DNA of 64,000 nucleotides, from NCBI GenBank assembly GCA_036172245.1, contig JAYWIR010000014.1, forward strand, positions 4,030,001 through 4,094,000, written 5' to 3'. The notes below the pieces were generated by a model. The model searched no databases. It was given only the letters and a program-made list of their open reading frames with translations, and had not been told where the DNA came from. Position 1 is the stretch's first letter. Each line of letters begins with the position of its first letter. This DNA comes from Raillietiella orientalis. Lineage: Eukaryota. A program made the position numbers and the translations under genes. This document shows positions 24,601 through 35,649 of the stretch, one piece after another.

Positions 24601-27600
24601 TTTTACTCTCCTCTTCTTGAGGTGCGTGGAATATTGGCCTCAACCTTTCCTCTTTCCGGCTTGATGCCTGGAATCTTTTTTTTCTTTCCCTTCGGCGGTG
24701 TGTTGTTGCACTCGCCGCCCGAAAGTAACTCACTTTTTCCAGCACCTGGCTGCTGTTCTTTTATTGTAGCGGACTCTGAACTCGTGGAACGCATTTCGGT
24801 GGCTTCCGGCGGGTGGCTACAGCGGAACGGCGTACCTCCCCTTTCCGAACGTGATGGTTCTTGCCAATGCTCCAAGAGAACAAAGCACTCATAATTGAGC
24901 CAGGGTTCCCCTGTTCCGGACCTCGGTGTTCTGGATCCGTTCAACATGCTCAACGCGATCTTTCAAGGCGGCAGCTTCTCTGGCGCATATCATTCTTTCC
25001 AACTTTCTTTAGACACTCACACACATCTAAACCCTGACCACGCCCAAGACTCGGTCGCTGGCGACGACTTCTTGGGTGGCTCCCACTTCACTTTCGTGTT
25101 GTCGATTCCTTCCCTTCACTTCTCTAATGATCCTGGAAGGGGGTTCAGCAGAATACGAACCTTCGATCATCGCGCGTAAACACCACGAGGTCCGAAGATG
25201 TTTCTCCTCGAAGGTGCCCTGTGTGAGGATCCGTACCTCAAGGAAAATCTTGGAGGGTACGAACCGAGAGGGAGAAACTAAACAGTACAAATCCTCAGTT
25301 CCTCCGCTCCCCATCCTTCAAAGAACTTCATTCTTCTGCAAGCGTAAACAAACGAAACGATCCTGTTTGTCGTTCGATGGCTGACCAGCCTTGGGAACAA
25401 AGGACTGCTGTTTTTGGAGTCACTTCCACGACTCGGAGGGCGTTCGAACCCGCGGAATCTGAAAAACCCAAAGCTTCTGCATCGCCTCTCGCGTACCTTG
25501 CGTGAAGTTAGCTAGGTCATCGGTCTTCCTGGAGCAACAGGACTTTTCCTCCCGTCCCTTTCTCTTGAGAATAGAGAACTCTTGCTCACTCTGACGAGGA
25601 TGGCAGTCGCGACGCTTTTGCCAGAGGCGAAACTGTCTTTTCCGATGAAAGACAAGAAAGATGTGAGTGAAAATCTTCATCCCTGAGTGAGCCAAGCTGG
25701 CGTTCGCAGAGATGCTCCGCGGCTGCCCTTGCGGTGCGCTTCGGAAAGCTCCACGTCTCGTGTTTAAACACGGGCTTGAGCGCTTCATTTCTCACAAGGG
25801 TGTTTCCCTCGCAAGCCGGTCTTCCTCGGCTCCCCGGAGAAAATCCGCAGCAGTGATGAACTGGAGTGAAACTTCGCAAGACATCTGACGAACGCAGATT
25901 CCGACTCCTCGCCGCTCAACTCTCCGGGGTCTTCGAACAGTTTCCCTGCCTGAGGATGTCAGGTGCCTTTCGCCAGCTTCGCGGTCGTGAGGGTCTATCG
26001 CCAACTATCCTCTCCCGGAACCCCTAGCAATGGCTCTGGGTATATTTCAATCAAGAAAGCTGCATGCCATGGCTGGCTTGTGATTCTTCTGTCTTCACAT
26101 CGCGCTCCGCTCCCGAAACGAAAAAGGGGTACTTCACGGGAGTTCCATCGCAAGTGCCGTTTTCTACGCAGACAAAGGATGCGCGCTCCCATCCACATCC
26201 TCCACTGCAGGGAGTGGCCGGGAAGGGTAACTGTGCCTCCCACAAAAGAGGACGTTTCTGGGCAGGCTTCAGACGCGAGCTGCTCTGCGTGGCTGGAACA
26301 CGGCATCTCTCCTAGAGGACCGCTTCCCAGGTGAGCGACCGCCCTCACTGGATTTCCACGCTGCGTGATACCTTTCCGCGCTCCAAATCCGTGATGCAGT
26401 TCTATCTGAAAATGTTTCTCCTGCAGCCCTGAGTAGTGCGTGGTGATCCTGCTTTCCGACGGAGTTCCAGGGAAGATCTTGCTGCTCTCGAAGGTGCCTT
26501 CGGATACGAGGTCCTTCCGAACCCTCGATGGCGAGCAGTTCAGAGACCGACGCGCTCGCGACTCAGCAACTGGGATCTTCGGCAGAGTGCGTTCGCTCAT
26601 ACCGATGCAAAGAGGACTCCCAGTCTCCAAGCACATCCCAGTTCTCACGGCCCGACATTTGCGCCGGGGACGAGTCTTCGAGCTTCTCTACCTCCTTCTC
26701 TACTCTCCTCAGTGAAGAGCGCGAATTCCTGGAGATCCTCGGAGATGGGATGGAATCTTCCCAAATACCGGAGGGTTCTCACTTATCACTCAGACTCCGC
26801 GGACGGAGGAGCTGGGGCGACACGAGAGAAACCGGTGCGACCGTTTCATGCTCTCAGAAACGGCTCCGGACTGGCATCTGTGCCAGTGCACCGCTGTCCT
26901 CCCAGGACCCTAAACTCACTGATGAAGGAGCGATCAACAGATCCAACGGATAGAGTTGGAGCAGCACAAGAGGCAATCTGCTGACCCCATGCAGAGGAAC
27001 GCTGCCACCATCCGCTTCCCTTGTGCCTCGCTCTCTTCAGAATGGCAATCTTTCGTTCGCGAGAGTTCTTCGCTATCAAAATTGCTGGAGCCACTCTGAT
27101 GCAGATGCTGGCCGTGCAGGTGCGTCGCTCAGGTTACCGAAGAAAAGTTCAACATCCCCACCCGCACTCCACCGATGCATTCCGAGCCGCTTCCCTGAAT
27201 TGCGGAGTAGCAGCCCTCAGACACACAACGCCGCCTGGCGAGTAAAACAGGACGGGAGCAGAGGGAGAAAGAGAAAACCAGGAAGAGAAATGCAGCAGTC
27301 CTCCCTTTACATGGTTTCGGTCATCCGCTGTCAAGAGGCGCGAGCTGGGCCCAGCGGAACCTGTGACATGCACTTGGGGAGAGCGGCCTTGCGAACGATA
27401 GCATCACACCTCCACAGCCTCCCAGTCAAAGATCCCTCGAGCTCCCTCTTTCCCTTTCAGTCAAGCACATCCTATTGACGCTTTCGGCGTCCACTGGGTC
27501 CGACAGACAGACGCGCCATATTCATTTCTGGACCTCTCTTTGAGTCCTCTCTACCTTTCCTGTTGATGATTCGAATCCTTCGCAAAATTCCAGTCATCAC

Positions 27601-30436
27601 CGCGATTGCCCTGTGACCTCTGTCATCCTCGTGACCCTTCCTCTCCATTGCAAAAGAGTTCAGAAGACGTATTCAGACTCAGTCAACGCTTTGTGAGCTT
27701 CATTCCTCGACAATTGATCCTTCTCCCTAAGGGTGAGGAGGAAGAGAATTCCTTAGATGGTGGATTTCCATCACGGGTTCTCCTGCACTGATTTCATTCC
27801 AGCTTCTTTTTTTTCGGTTCTCTTTCTTTTTTGGTTCGCCAAGTACTGAGGAACCGTTGAACCCGATAGGGAACAACGCGGAAGGCTCCTTAGACAAGGT
27901 CACGCCACCCAAAGGTGAGTGCAACTCAGTCGGGAGGAAACTTCGAAGGGACCACTCTAATGATCCAGGAAGGTCCTGAGGGTGAAGTCTGTTCCTCTGA
28001 CTCAGACTGTTAATCTCCCTTATTCCAGATTATCTCTGGAGGAAATCCGGAAAGGATCCATCCCGGATTTCTTCCCCAGAGGGAACCCGCGAGGGAACCT
28101 CTTCCTTATTCTCTCCGAAAGGCTTCCCCGAAGGGAGAAGGGCCCTTCCAAAACACTAGGGAGGAACCTCCTGAGAAGGAGCCAACTTTACGAACACGAT
28201 AGAGGACCCTCTAAAGGGGGTCATTTTCATTGCACAACTGGAAAAGAAGCCCGGAGGGTACATTGCGCTTCTGGTTACGGCCGGTCGACGGGGGGCACCC
28301 GGTCTTCCACGCGCCTACAGGCGACATTCCCGTGCCACACCCGCAGCCAACCAGCGTCCTTCAGGGGGACTCGAAACCCCCCCGACGCATGCACCAGTCG
28401 GCGTAGATCCCTTACTGGGAGGAGGGGGGAGAGATTTTTGACCGCAACGCTCGGCGCCGCGCGCGGTCAAACATCCTCCGCGATGATGTCTTGTGGCGCA
28501 GCCGCCCGGAGCACCTCACAACCGCCGCAGGAAAGAGGGCGCGCCGCTGCAGGGTTACTGCGCCCCCGTTGTCCACGACCCGTTTCTTCCAGAATGGATT
28601 GCTGAGGACTCCGGGAGAAGGCGCACGGGCGGCCACCACGGTGGCACCACCTGCCTCCTACAGAGTCCCGAAATCTCAGACCTCGGGAGAGGGGAAGCAC
28701 GCTAACGATCCGGATGCAGTAACGGCTGCGCCGAGGATTTTCTCGCTCCCGCTGCCTGATTCCTCCCGGAATCCCCCGGACCGACAGCGGGGCAGCTTCC
28801 GGTGGGACCGGGCGAGCCAGAGTTGGCAAGGGAGCGCCGACGACGTCCCGATACACCCCGACATCCTGAGGGGGGAATCGTAACTCACGGCGCATCCACT
28901 TCTCGCTGCGAGCGGATGTCGGGCACAGCCATGCAGCCGCCTACGCGGGCGTGATGGACGCCCTAGAAAATGATGAATCAGTGGCCGCATCCGGAAGTTC
29001 CACCTCGCGAAAGATGGGCTTCGGAGATTTGTAACGGGCCGTCGTCAAAGAACCCCGCGATTCCACTTCTTCCAGGACAAGAAAACCATCGCGTAGGTAT
29101 GCATCACATTCGGTGGTTTTCTCAGGACCCATCGGAAAGATGGCGGCAAAGATGGGGACGACTTCTCGTTGCGAACCGACGTTTCTTCTGGCTCGAAACG
29201 AAGGGCGCTCGAGAAAGCGAGAACCCAGACTGCGTTCGAGGGTGAGCATTGCAAAACCTCGGAGAACAATCGCTCTCCCGCTTTCCCTGCGCACCTTTGG
29301 CATTTTTTCTCTCTCCCAGGTAGTCTCCCCTTCCCATAGTTCAGGATTCGGACGGCCAATTTCGATCAGAATGTCAAGATAATTTGTACTCTGTTTCCCC
29401 ACCTAACAGCCATCTGCATCGCACCTCCAAGTCAGTCTTGCATCACCCACGAATGCACCCTCCTCAAAAGGTTCGGCATCCGGTCAATCAGAAGAAGCCT
29501 CTCGAAAGTTCCAGTCCATTAGTCCGTGGAACTTTCGCGTTGGCTGATCCCCGTTCTTCCGAGTGCAGAGTCCTGTCTGTGGTTTCTTTCCCAGGAAACC
29601 TCTACACACGCGCACGTATGTTTTCTTCTTGAGATCATGTGCGCGCTTTCCCTCTGTTATCCTTGAAAGGAAAGCACTTGCTATTCCGGGAAAACCGCTG
29701 TAGAAAAACTCCAAGGAGGTTTGAAGTCCTTGTCTAGTTTGGTGGACACTGGAACGGCTCCTTAAAGGTGTACTGCTGGCTCGTGATCATGTGCTTGAGG
29801 TAGCAAAAGTATGTCAATTATCTGGTTCAATCCCTCTTCCCTGAGACAGCTCAAGAAGGGTAACTGGCAGAGTAGGAACCTCAAACTGAAAACCTCATCT
29901 GAAACCTCGAACCGCGAGAGGCGCTTTCTAGCCCTTCTTTAAGAAAATAAGTTCTCTCGATGACATCCGCAGGAAGCAATTAAGGCGATGTCAGTTTCGC
30001 CATCAGCTCTGGGAAGACGGGAGGTTAGGGGAGGAAATGATTTCATTTGTTGCCTTCGGCAAGCGACTTTCCCCAGTTCTCGAACCAGAAAACCACGCGG
30101 GAATCTGCCCCCATATGAAGAGACATGGCAAGCACAGTTTGAACACTGGCAACTGAAAAAGACCATCTCTGATGTTCGCCATCCTGTGGTACGTTGTCCT
30201 TTCTGCGCATGTAGGACTAAGTCGTAGTGTACCCGGACAAGCAGCACGTCTTCGAGTACGCAGGATGTCGAACATATCTTCGCCTGACCGGATAGTCTTG
30301 AGGGATTCCTCATCGTCCGGAAGCCCAGAGGACAGACAGGAGAGGAAGAGAGAGGCAGCAGTAATTCCACTCAGAGCAAAAGCTGAGAAAATCTCTTTTT
30401 ACCTCCGACCGGTGCACTCTCATCCACATAGATCAT
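3427..30436 (-). CDS. sqa: Myosin light chain kinase, short kinase-only form (sqa-like CAMK-group Ser/Thr kinase); spliced CDS complement(join(3427..3607,5154..5306,7830..8029,17845..17986,22134..22340,23887..23977,30403..30436)), 335 aa
   Basis: Manual splicing gives a continuous 1008-nt frame: MIYVDESAPVGETPLSFPYRDVAIRKEVNVGDFYEMAEELGRGKFGIV...FAAKF...EIEIMN...GGELFERV...HLDLKPENIL...IDFGLAR...GTPEFAAPE...DMWSVGVICYVLLSGLSPF...RMAAEDSLRHPWL...KRYVIRRRWKKAINAILALKRMGCAWEFN*. All six introns are GT-AG and the phases match. The family call is secure. Orthology to Drosophila sqa is from recalled similarity, not a search. Confidence 0.93.
5154..5306 (-). CDS. sqa: MLCK coding exon 6 (LSGLSPFVGDSDAETMSNVTIAKYDF...LLVKDP)
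   Basis: ctctcttcccAG acceptor, GG|GTAGGT donor, 153 nt. Confidence 0.96.
5950..7500 (+). mobile_element. Decayed RLE-type non-LTR remnant (thumb to endonuclease) in MLCK intron 5
   Basis: Nucleotide homology to 16775-17230 in inverted orientation. Degenerate motifs LPTGGVG, ERQIRARRGVRPG (like E.....RPD), WIITSSSP, RRAKAE and GDSGHVARAALKK. Confidence 0.45.
7830..8029 (-). CDS. sqa: MLCK coding exon 5 (PENILC...IDFGLAR...GTPEFAAPE...DMWSVGVICYV)
   Basis: ctcttcttctctcccgggtAG acceptor, CT|GTGAGT donor, 200 nt; DFG and APE motifs. Confidence 0.96.
14500..15200 (-). mobile_element. Decayed non-LTR reverse transcriptase fragment (domains 0-4)
   Basis: QMPSSFHSAETVLCP..TYKAVWNILLPKR (like IP..W..A.T.LIPK..YKL...L..R), LFTFLNLLSA (motif A-like) and GLGFGCVRPP (motif B-like). 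Confidence 0.45.
15601..15648. repeat. Hairpin / inverted repeat
   Basis: TTCCCAGGATTGAAA (15605-15619) pairs perfectly with TTTCAATCCTGGGAA (15630-15644) around a 10-nt loop, extendable to 18/19 bp. Confidence 0.9.
15700..17230 (-). mobile_element. Decayed RLE-type non-LTR remnant (thumb to endonuclease) in MLCK intron 4
   Basis: RKLRDSVLP, RRIREE..IKLPPTSFL..RGG, RRAEGET, EVVQTARGEPG, LVFADLT and GLEFRFHGLVWDP (like G.EV..H...GAWDP). Homologous to 5970-6440. Confidence 0.5.
17845..17986 (-). CDS. sqa: MLCK coding exon 4 (IQGGELFERVIDDDF...IVHLDLK)
   Basis: ctctccttgcAG acceptor, AAG|GTACGC donor, 142 nt; catalytic loop HLDLK. Confidence 0.96.
18480..21100 (-). mobile_element. Decayed hAT-superfamily transposase in MLCK intron 3
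   Basis: VALVADEADQVSNL (~20165-20206, like FSI.ADETTDVSN), VPFFALRLD (~19925-19950, like VHCFAHRLNL) and LPRILPPPI..SSERG (~18560-18600, dimerisation-domain-like), in hAT order. Boundaries approximate; no TIRs identified. Confidence 0.5.
21450..22040 (-). mobile_element. Decayed hAT N-terminal region (TTF-type zinc finger / DUF4371-like)
   Basis: GLRYRSEDQ, RERSHFVRNA, KNDGNF (like N.GNF) and LSDLIHYE (like Y.S..IQNE). Confidence 0.42.
22134..22340 (-). CDS. sqa: MLCK coding exon 3 (kinase subdomains I-V: GKFGIVRKC...FAAKF...EIEIMN...MILEL)
   Basis: ctcttcttcAG acceptor, CT|GTGCGT donor, 207 nt; contains the Gly-rich loop, catalytic Lys and alphaC Glu. Confidence 0.96.
22560..22720 (-). 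mobile_element. hAT C-terminal dimerisation-domain remnant
   Basis: LNLLVTISRNVFRGDCERACSNIR resembles L.I.LT.P.T.ASCERSFS.LK. Confidence 0.35.
23887..23977 (-). CDS. sqa: MLCK coding exon 2 (ETPLSFPYRDVAIRKEVNVGDFYEMAEELG-R)
   Basis: Pyrimidine tract plus ttAG acceptor and AG|GTAAAC donor. The 91 nt (phase 1 to 2) join directly into the GxGxxG loop of exon 3. Too short to appear in the ORF track. Confidence 0.93.
26000..27250 (+). mobile_element. Possible P-element/THAP9-type transposase remnant in MLCK intron 1
   Basis: VILLSDG and EFFAIKI...VRRSG....HP...AFRAA resemble P-type motifs; weak. Confidence 0.3.
30403..30436 (-). CDS. sqa: MLCK coding exon 1 (MIYVDESAPVG+G); full exon 30403-30464 includes 28 nt of 5' UTR
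   Basis: GCCATGA start context; in-frame TGA stops upstream; acceptor ttttcttgttcctttccAG ending at 30465; phase-1 donor G|GTAAAA matches exon 2. The M-I-x-V-D-E-x-x-P-x-G N-terminus is typical of arthropod short MLCKs. Confidence 0.88.
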
Positions 30437-30451
30437 GGCTCAAGACCAGTG

Positions 30452-30463
30452 TCACTTCAGCAT
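30452..30463 (-). promoter_or_regulatory. Minimal upstream ORF (ATG CTG AAG TGA, M-L-K-stop) in the MLCK 5' UTR
   Basis: Begins at the second base of the exon, 27 nt upstream of and in frame with the main ATG. The sequence is seen directly; function is untested. Confidence 0.55.
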
Positions 30464-32549
30464 ACTGGAAAGGAACAAGAAAACTATCAAAACTGAGGAT
30501 GGGGTGCAGCACGCAGCGTGAGAGCGAGATCTGCAAAATCGGTGGCGCTGATAGCAACTGCGCAGTTTCGGGTTCAAGGAGACAGTGAAGGCAACGCATT
30601 GGCCGGCGACACTGTCTTCGAAAAGATTTCTAAGCCCACTGCTAGAGGGTTTCCGAGGAAGACGGTTGGGATAGTCCCTCAGCCAGAATGCAACAACCGA
30701 CACCCTCATGAAGAACCGATGCCGCTTGCATCGGAGGCAGACCCGCAACTGGTAGCCGAGTTCCCAGAGGAAGGAATCGGGAATCGGGAAGGAAGGAATC
30801 GGTCGTAAGGTCCTTTTGTCTCCAAATGGGACCACCCCAACGTTCCATCATCCCTCCTTGGTGAAAGATCGACACTTGACGCTCTGGATGAACGAACACA
30901 GGTCGGAGTTACGGATGTTTAGGATGTGCACCCCTCATTGAGAAAGGAGCGCACGAAAATTCCCCTCCCTCCCTTCCCAAATCCTTAGGATTCACTTCAG
31001 TCCTTCTCGCCTACTTCCAAGAGATGCCTTCCTGGATCCACGAAGCAACTGCGTCTTGCGAACGGGAGGTTCCCATGAGAATCCTAAGCGCTTCCTCCCC
31101 GTTTCAGATCTCCCCTCTTTCCCCAAGCACCGCTCAACCGCTGCGAGTTCACCCACAGGCAGCGGTCTGGACTTTCGAAACCGGGAGCTCGCAAGTAGAG
31201 CGTCCACGGGAAAAGCTGCTTCCTCACCCACGCACTACTAATGAACGGGAGTTCCAAGGATCGCCTTTCATTCGTCTATGTCTTCGTCATTTGTGGTCTC
31301 CGTCTGCGACCAGCACTTTCGACTCCTAGAAGCTCTCGCTCTCCTCCCCTCCTTCCCAAGGTGTGCCGGCGCTGTCTTCGCCCGTCCCTGCGAGAGGGCA
31401 ACCATGGGAAAACAACAACAACAAAAAAATAGCATACTCCTATTCCAGGTCCCCACGCGCAGCAGGAGGCGCTTCCGTGCGAGGACGGCATCGTTCACTG
31501 TATGGCATGGAAAATCAGGACTCGCTCCGCGCCGGGGGCGAACCCGCAATGCGTGCGCAGAGGTTTGTGACAACGCGGGGTGTCACGATGCTGCCAGGCT
31601 GGAAGCGGACCCTCCACGGGATCCTCGTTTTGCTGGATCCAGATGATCCACGTGCGTCCTCCCCTCCCCCTCGTCCACAGTCCTCCGTCGAGGAGAACGC
31701 GGTGCGTTCCTCCCGCCTGTCCGCAAAAGAGCGGCGGCTCCTTCGCGCCTCCTCCTCTCGCTGCTTCGCAAACGTCTCATGTTTTCCCGAGGGAAGTTTT
31801 AACCCCCGGAGGATGTCCACATGTTTACTCCCGAGAGGAAGAAAAGGTGGAAGCGGAAAGGGTGGTTGAGTGACACACCCTGTGCCTTCTTGCACGCGCT
31901 TGAGGCGCTCCTTCGTCTACGCGAGCGCGTCCTCTTCCCACTTCCCGGTCTCTTCCTCGCCTCTTGGGTAAAAAAAATAAATAAGTGGAGGATACCTCGG
32001 CCCACCCCACTCTGCGCCTGCAGTCTTATGTAGACCGAGAAGCCTGGGGTGGACGCCCCGAGTTCGGACGAATCCGCTTGCTCAACGAGCGAACGCAGGG
32101 GCGCCTGGAAGCCCGGTAAGCGCAGCGCCTCAAGGGACGCGCGTTCCCGGACGGCTTCGTACACATCCGCTTCCGTTGAGCGGGCATTATCGAACACGCC
32201 GACGAGCGTCTCGATGCACGCGCGGCATTGAAGTTTCGATCGTGGGATACGTTGGGATGGTCCAAGCGCGGACATCAGCGAGGTGTACCGATGCGCCGCC
32301 CGGAAGGCACGCGCGCGGAAGATCCACGCACCTGTGCGAACGGGAAGAAGGAGGCAAGAAGCCTTTGGTAAACGACGCACAGGTTGTTCTGTACGGAAGT
32401 ACTCGTTTGTACAGGGAGGAAGATGATAGCCGTTTCACCTCGCCGCACTGCCCCATTCAGAGGAGTTTCGTGTCGTCGCATCGTCGTGACGTCACGGATC
32501 GACCGGGGTTTTTTATCGCGCTCGCCATTCAACGAGATGGGAAAGGAAA

Positions 32550-33600
32550 AGAAAAAAAAATGAGCGAGGATGCTGTCGACTCTTGAGCCGACAGACTGCG
32601 GCTCCGTCAACAGAGCGCGATCGGGACATCGCACGCCCCTGGCTGCGGCGGTTCGCACGCAGCATCCCCAAAGAGCATCTTCCTCTTGAAATAGGCACGT
32701 GGATGCGAGGGAGGACGTCCGTTGCGCGCCGCTGGCAAAGCAGATGCCAGGAACGCGATCTTGAAATCGCGGTGGAGAAGAGCCCAGTCACTGAGGTGTC
32801 GTGGAGCTCTGCAAGGGCTCGGGATGGCAACCCGAGACTGCGGAAGACTCGCGGGAGGTGGCGTTTCCAAAGCGAAGCGATCCCACACTTTTCCAAGGCT
32901 CCTCGCATTGCGGCAGGAAGCGCATGCGTAAGATTCGGACATCCACCTCGGAGGAAGGCATTCGCCATTCCGGTCCTGAAGCTGCGCCACTTGCTCAAGT
33001 GCAGATGGCGGATGCGTTTCTGGGAGGGAACTCCCAGGGGGTCACTTCCGGCGGAGGATGCGACGCCATGGCGACACGCCGCCGCGCGACTGGCCCACGC
33101 AGTCGAGACGACAGCGAAAGGGTGGGCCGTACCTTCCCCTGAGGACGGGACGTCTCCCTGCCCTTTGCGGTGCCTTGCGCCCTGTCGCCCGTGGGCTCCT
33201 ACGCTCTCGCGCCTTCGCTTCTGCTTCCAAGGTTAGGCTCTCGGACCTCCCTAGCGGCCACTTCCGGTAGCCGCTGGCATCCATCCGGGCCATGGCTGCA
33301 AGTCCAGATCTGCACGAATCTTTGGCGCTTGAAGCCACCGTTCGCTGGACCCCTTCGGGTCAAAGTGTATTCCTTCGGGCGCGCTCCTTTCACAGTCCTC
33401 GAGCATTCTCGGACAGTCTGCCTCCTGGCCCAGGCCTTCACAGGGGCAGCGAAAGGCCGATTGGCGGCTCGCCGGGAGGCGGGCACGCCGTTAGCGGCGT
33501 GACTCTCGCAGCCGCGCAGGCGCCGCCGGCTGTCGGATGACCTCACCGGGTGAGCGTTCGCCTCCTTTGCGTTTTAGGCCTCGGAATTGCTGCCCGCCTA
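32550..33600 (-). mobile_element. Decayed non-LTR reverse transcriptase fragment (R2/Utopia-like)
   Basis: ASRRAANRP, MDASGYRKW, NAFLRGGCPNLTHALPAAMRGA, GIASL, VFRSLGLPSRALAELH and VPISRG occur in RT domain order. Confidence 0.45.
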
Positions 33601-35649
33601 CACTGAGAAGGCGACCCCGGCAAAGGTCGGAAGGCGCTCGCTCGCGGGGTCGAGCACGGTCTTCTCTTCTCCCTTTCCCGGAAGAGAAAGCGAGCTGGGG
33701 AAGTGAGACTCCCTCCCCTCGAAGCCAAATGGAAGGAGGAGGAAGAGGCAAGTCGCGCAGCGTCAGCAGAGCGCCGCTCCGTGCACCACTGCCTCAGCGG
33801 ATCCTTTTCATGGGACGGCGGCGGCGATCCCAGGGTGAATGCCGGGAAGGAGGGAGGGGGAAGGGGAGGTGTCGCCCATCCTGGAGCTACGAAAGAGCCA
33901 ATGTCTTTCGAGTCGGATCCTCGGGCACGAATCCTCCTCCCTCCCTCTCGCCCGCGCGAGTGCTCATTCCCGGGATCGACGCTGCGCACGCGCGTAAGAG
34001 AGAGAGCAGAGGAAAGGGGGGGGGGGTGAGAGGGGGGGGATTTTCGTCCCTTTAGGTGCCATCCGAAGGCCGCGTTGTTTTTCTGCGGCGCGTCCCCGAT
34101 GTTTCGAATGAAAAATAACGCCAGCTGCCGAAAGCACCCCCTTCGCAACGGAGCGGCGTTCCTCTTAACGACTCCGAGCACTTCCCGTTCAACTGTCTCC
34201 TTTTTCTATTTTCGTAAGCATTTAAGGCGATTTAAAGAGCCACATGTTGCCAAGGAAACGAGGCTCTCTTTGCGTGTGTGCGTGTGTGCGTTCTTGGCTT
34301 TTTTGCTGACGAATCCGGGCTCCACTCTGCTGCGGAAATCGCGGGGGGCAGGTCGCGTCCGGAGGGAGTTTTCAGGAAACCACCACGGCCGACGCTTCTC
34401 GGGTCCGATCCGACTCCTCACGGATGGGCCCCGCCGCTCCTCGAATCCTCTTCCTTGAAGAAGCACCTCCGGGATCCGACGTTTCACCTCTCCCCACCCG
34501 GCACAGCTCCTCCCGGTCTGCGAAGGAAAGGGGGAATGGGGTGGGATTGGAGAGGGAGGAACTTATTGTCTTTCCCAGAGACCCGCTGCTTCTTTGTGCT
34601 CTCCCTCGAATGTACCTTCTCCCGAAGGTCCCAAGTCATTCGCTCTCGGGGCTCCCTACCAGAGTGGGGACGATTCCGCTCGCCGTCGAGGATTCTGGAT
34701 TGATCAGCACCCACGACCCGGCCGCGTTGCCGAGGACGGAGCGTGGGCCGCATGTGCGGCACCCTTCCGCGCGAACGGATGCTTACGAAATGGGGAAAGC
34801 AGGGAGGCTGCCTCGCCCACTGCACAGAAGCGAAGGAACGCAATAGCTGCCATTCTTCACGGAGGAGCGCACGGCGCGGAGGGGAAGACGGGAGGAAAAG
34901 GGGAAGAAGCATCGCCGAAAGAGTCTTCGGCGGGCTTGGGTGCGGGCGAAGGCGAACGGTGGCACTCGCTTCTCGCGTCCTCACCCAGGAATCCGCCATC
35001 CGGAAGAAATTTCGTCCGGAATGAGGCACCCGGAAACTATCTGACGCCGCTGGCGTTGCCTCGAAGTCCGGCGGCTTCCGGGTGGATGTAGACCGGCCGC
35101 CGACCTCCGAGCCACACACAGCTGGCTACGGAAGGGGCGGGGGCACAATGTCCGCGGATGACTGGGACCCCGCGTCACCCCTGTGGCTGCTGAGCTGCTG
35201 AGCACCGAGGCAGCGGTTTCTTCCGCGGCGGAGGTTCGTCCACCTGCGGATCGAACTTTAGGGAGCCCGAAGAGAGGTCACGCGTGCCGGGCAAAAGGAC
35301 AAGGCGAGGCACAAAGATGCAGATGGCGAAGGGAAGTGCCGGAGTCGTAGAGTCGAGTCTTCGGCCAGTGAGCAGCCCGTGACGCCAGGCGACTCGCGTG
35401 AGGTGGATGCTGGTGGGAGCTGCCCTGTTTCCTCCCAAAACGGAAAGTCGGGTCCCTAGCGATGTGGGGAGAGCAGGTCAACCTTTTGGTATCGAAAAGG
35501 CCAGCTTCCCCGTCCCTCCGACAGAAAGTCGCCTTCTGCCTTTTCCGGAGGTAGCTCGCGCCTCGGGAGCGCGGGTTCCTCGATGGTAGCCGGAAGGGTA
35601 CTACACTTTGTGTGTAGTACCTGTAGTATCAAAGTGTAGCCGGAAGCAA

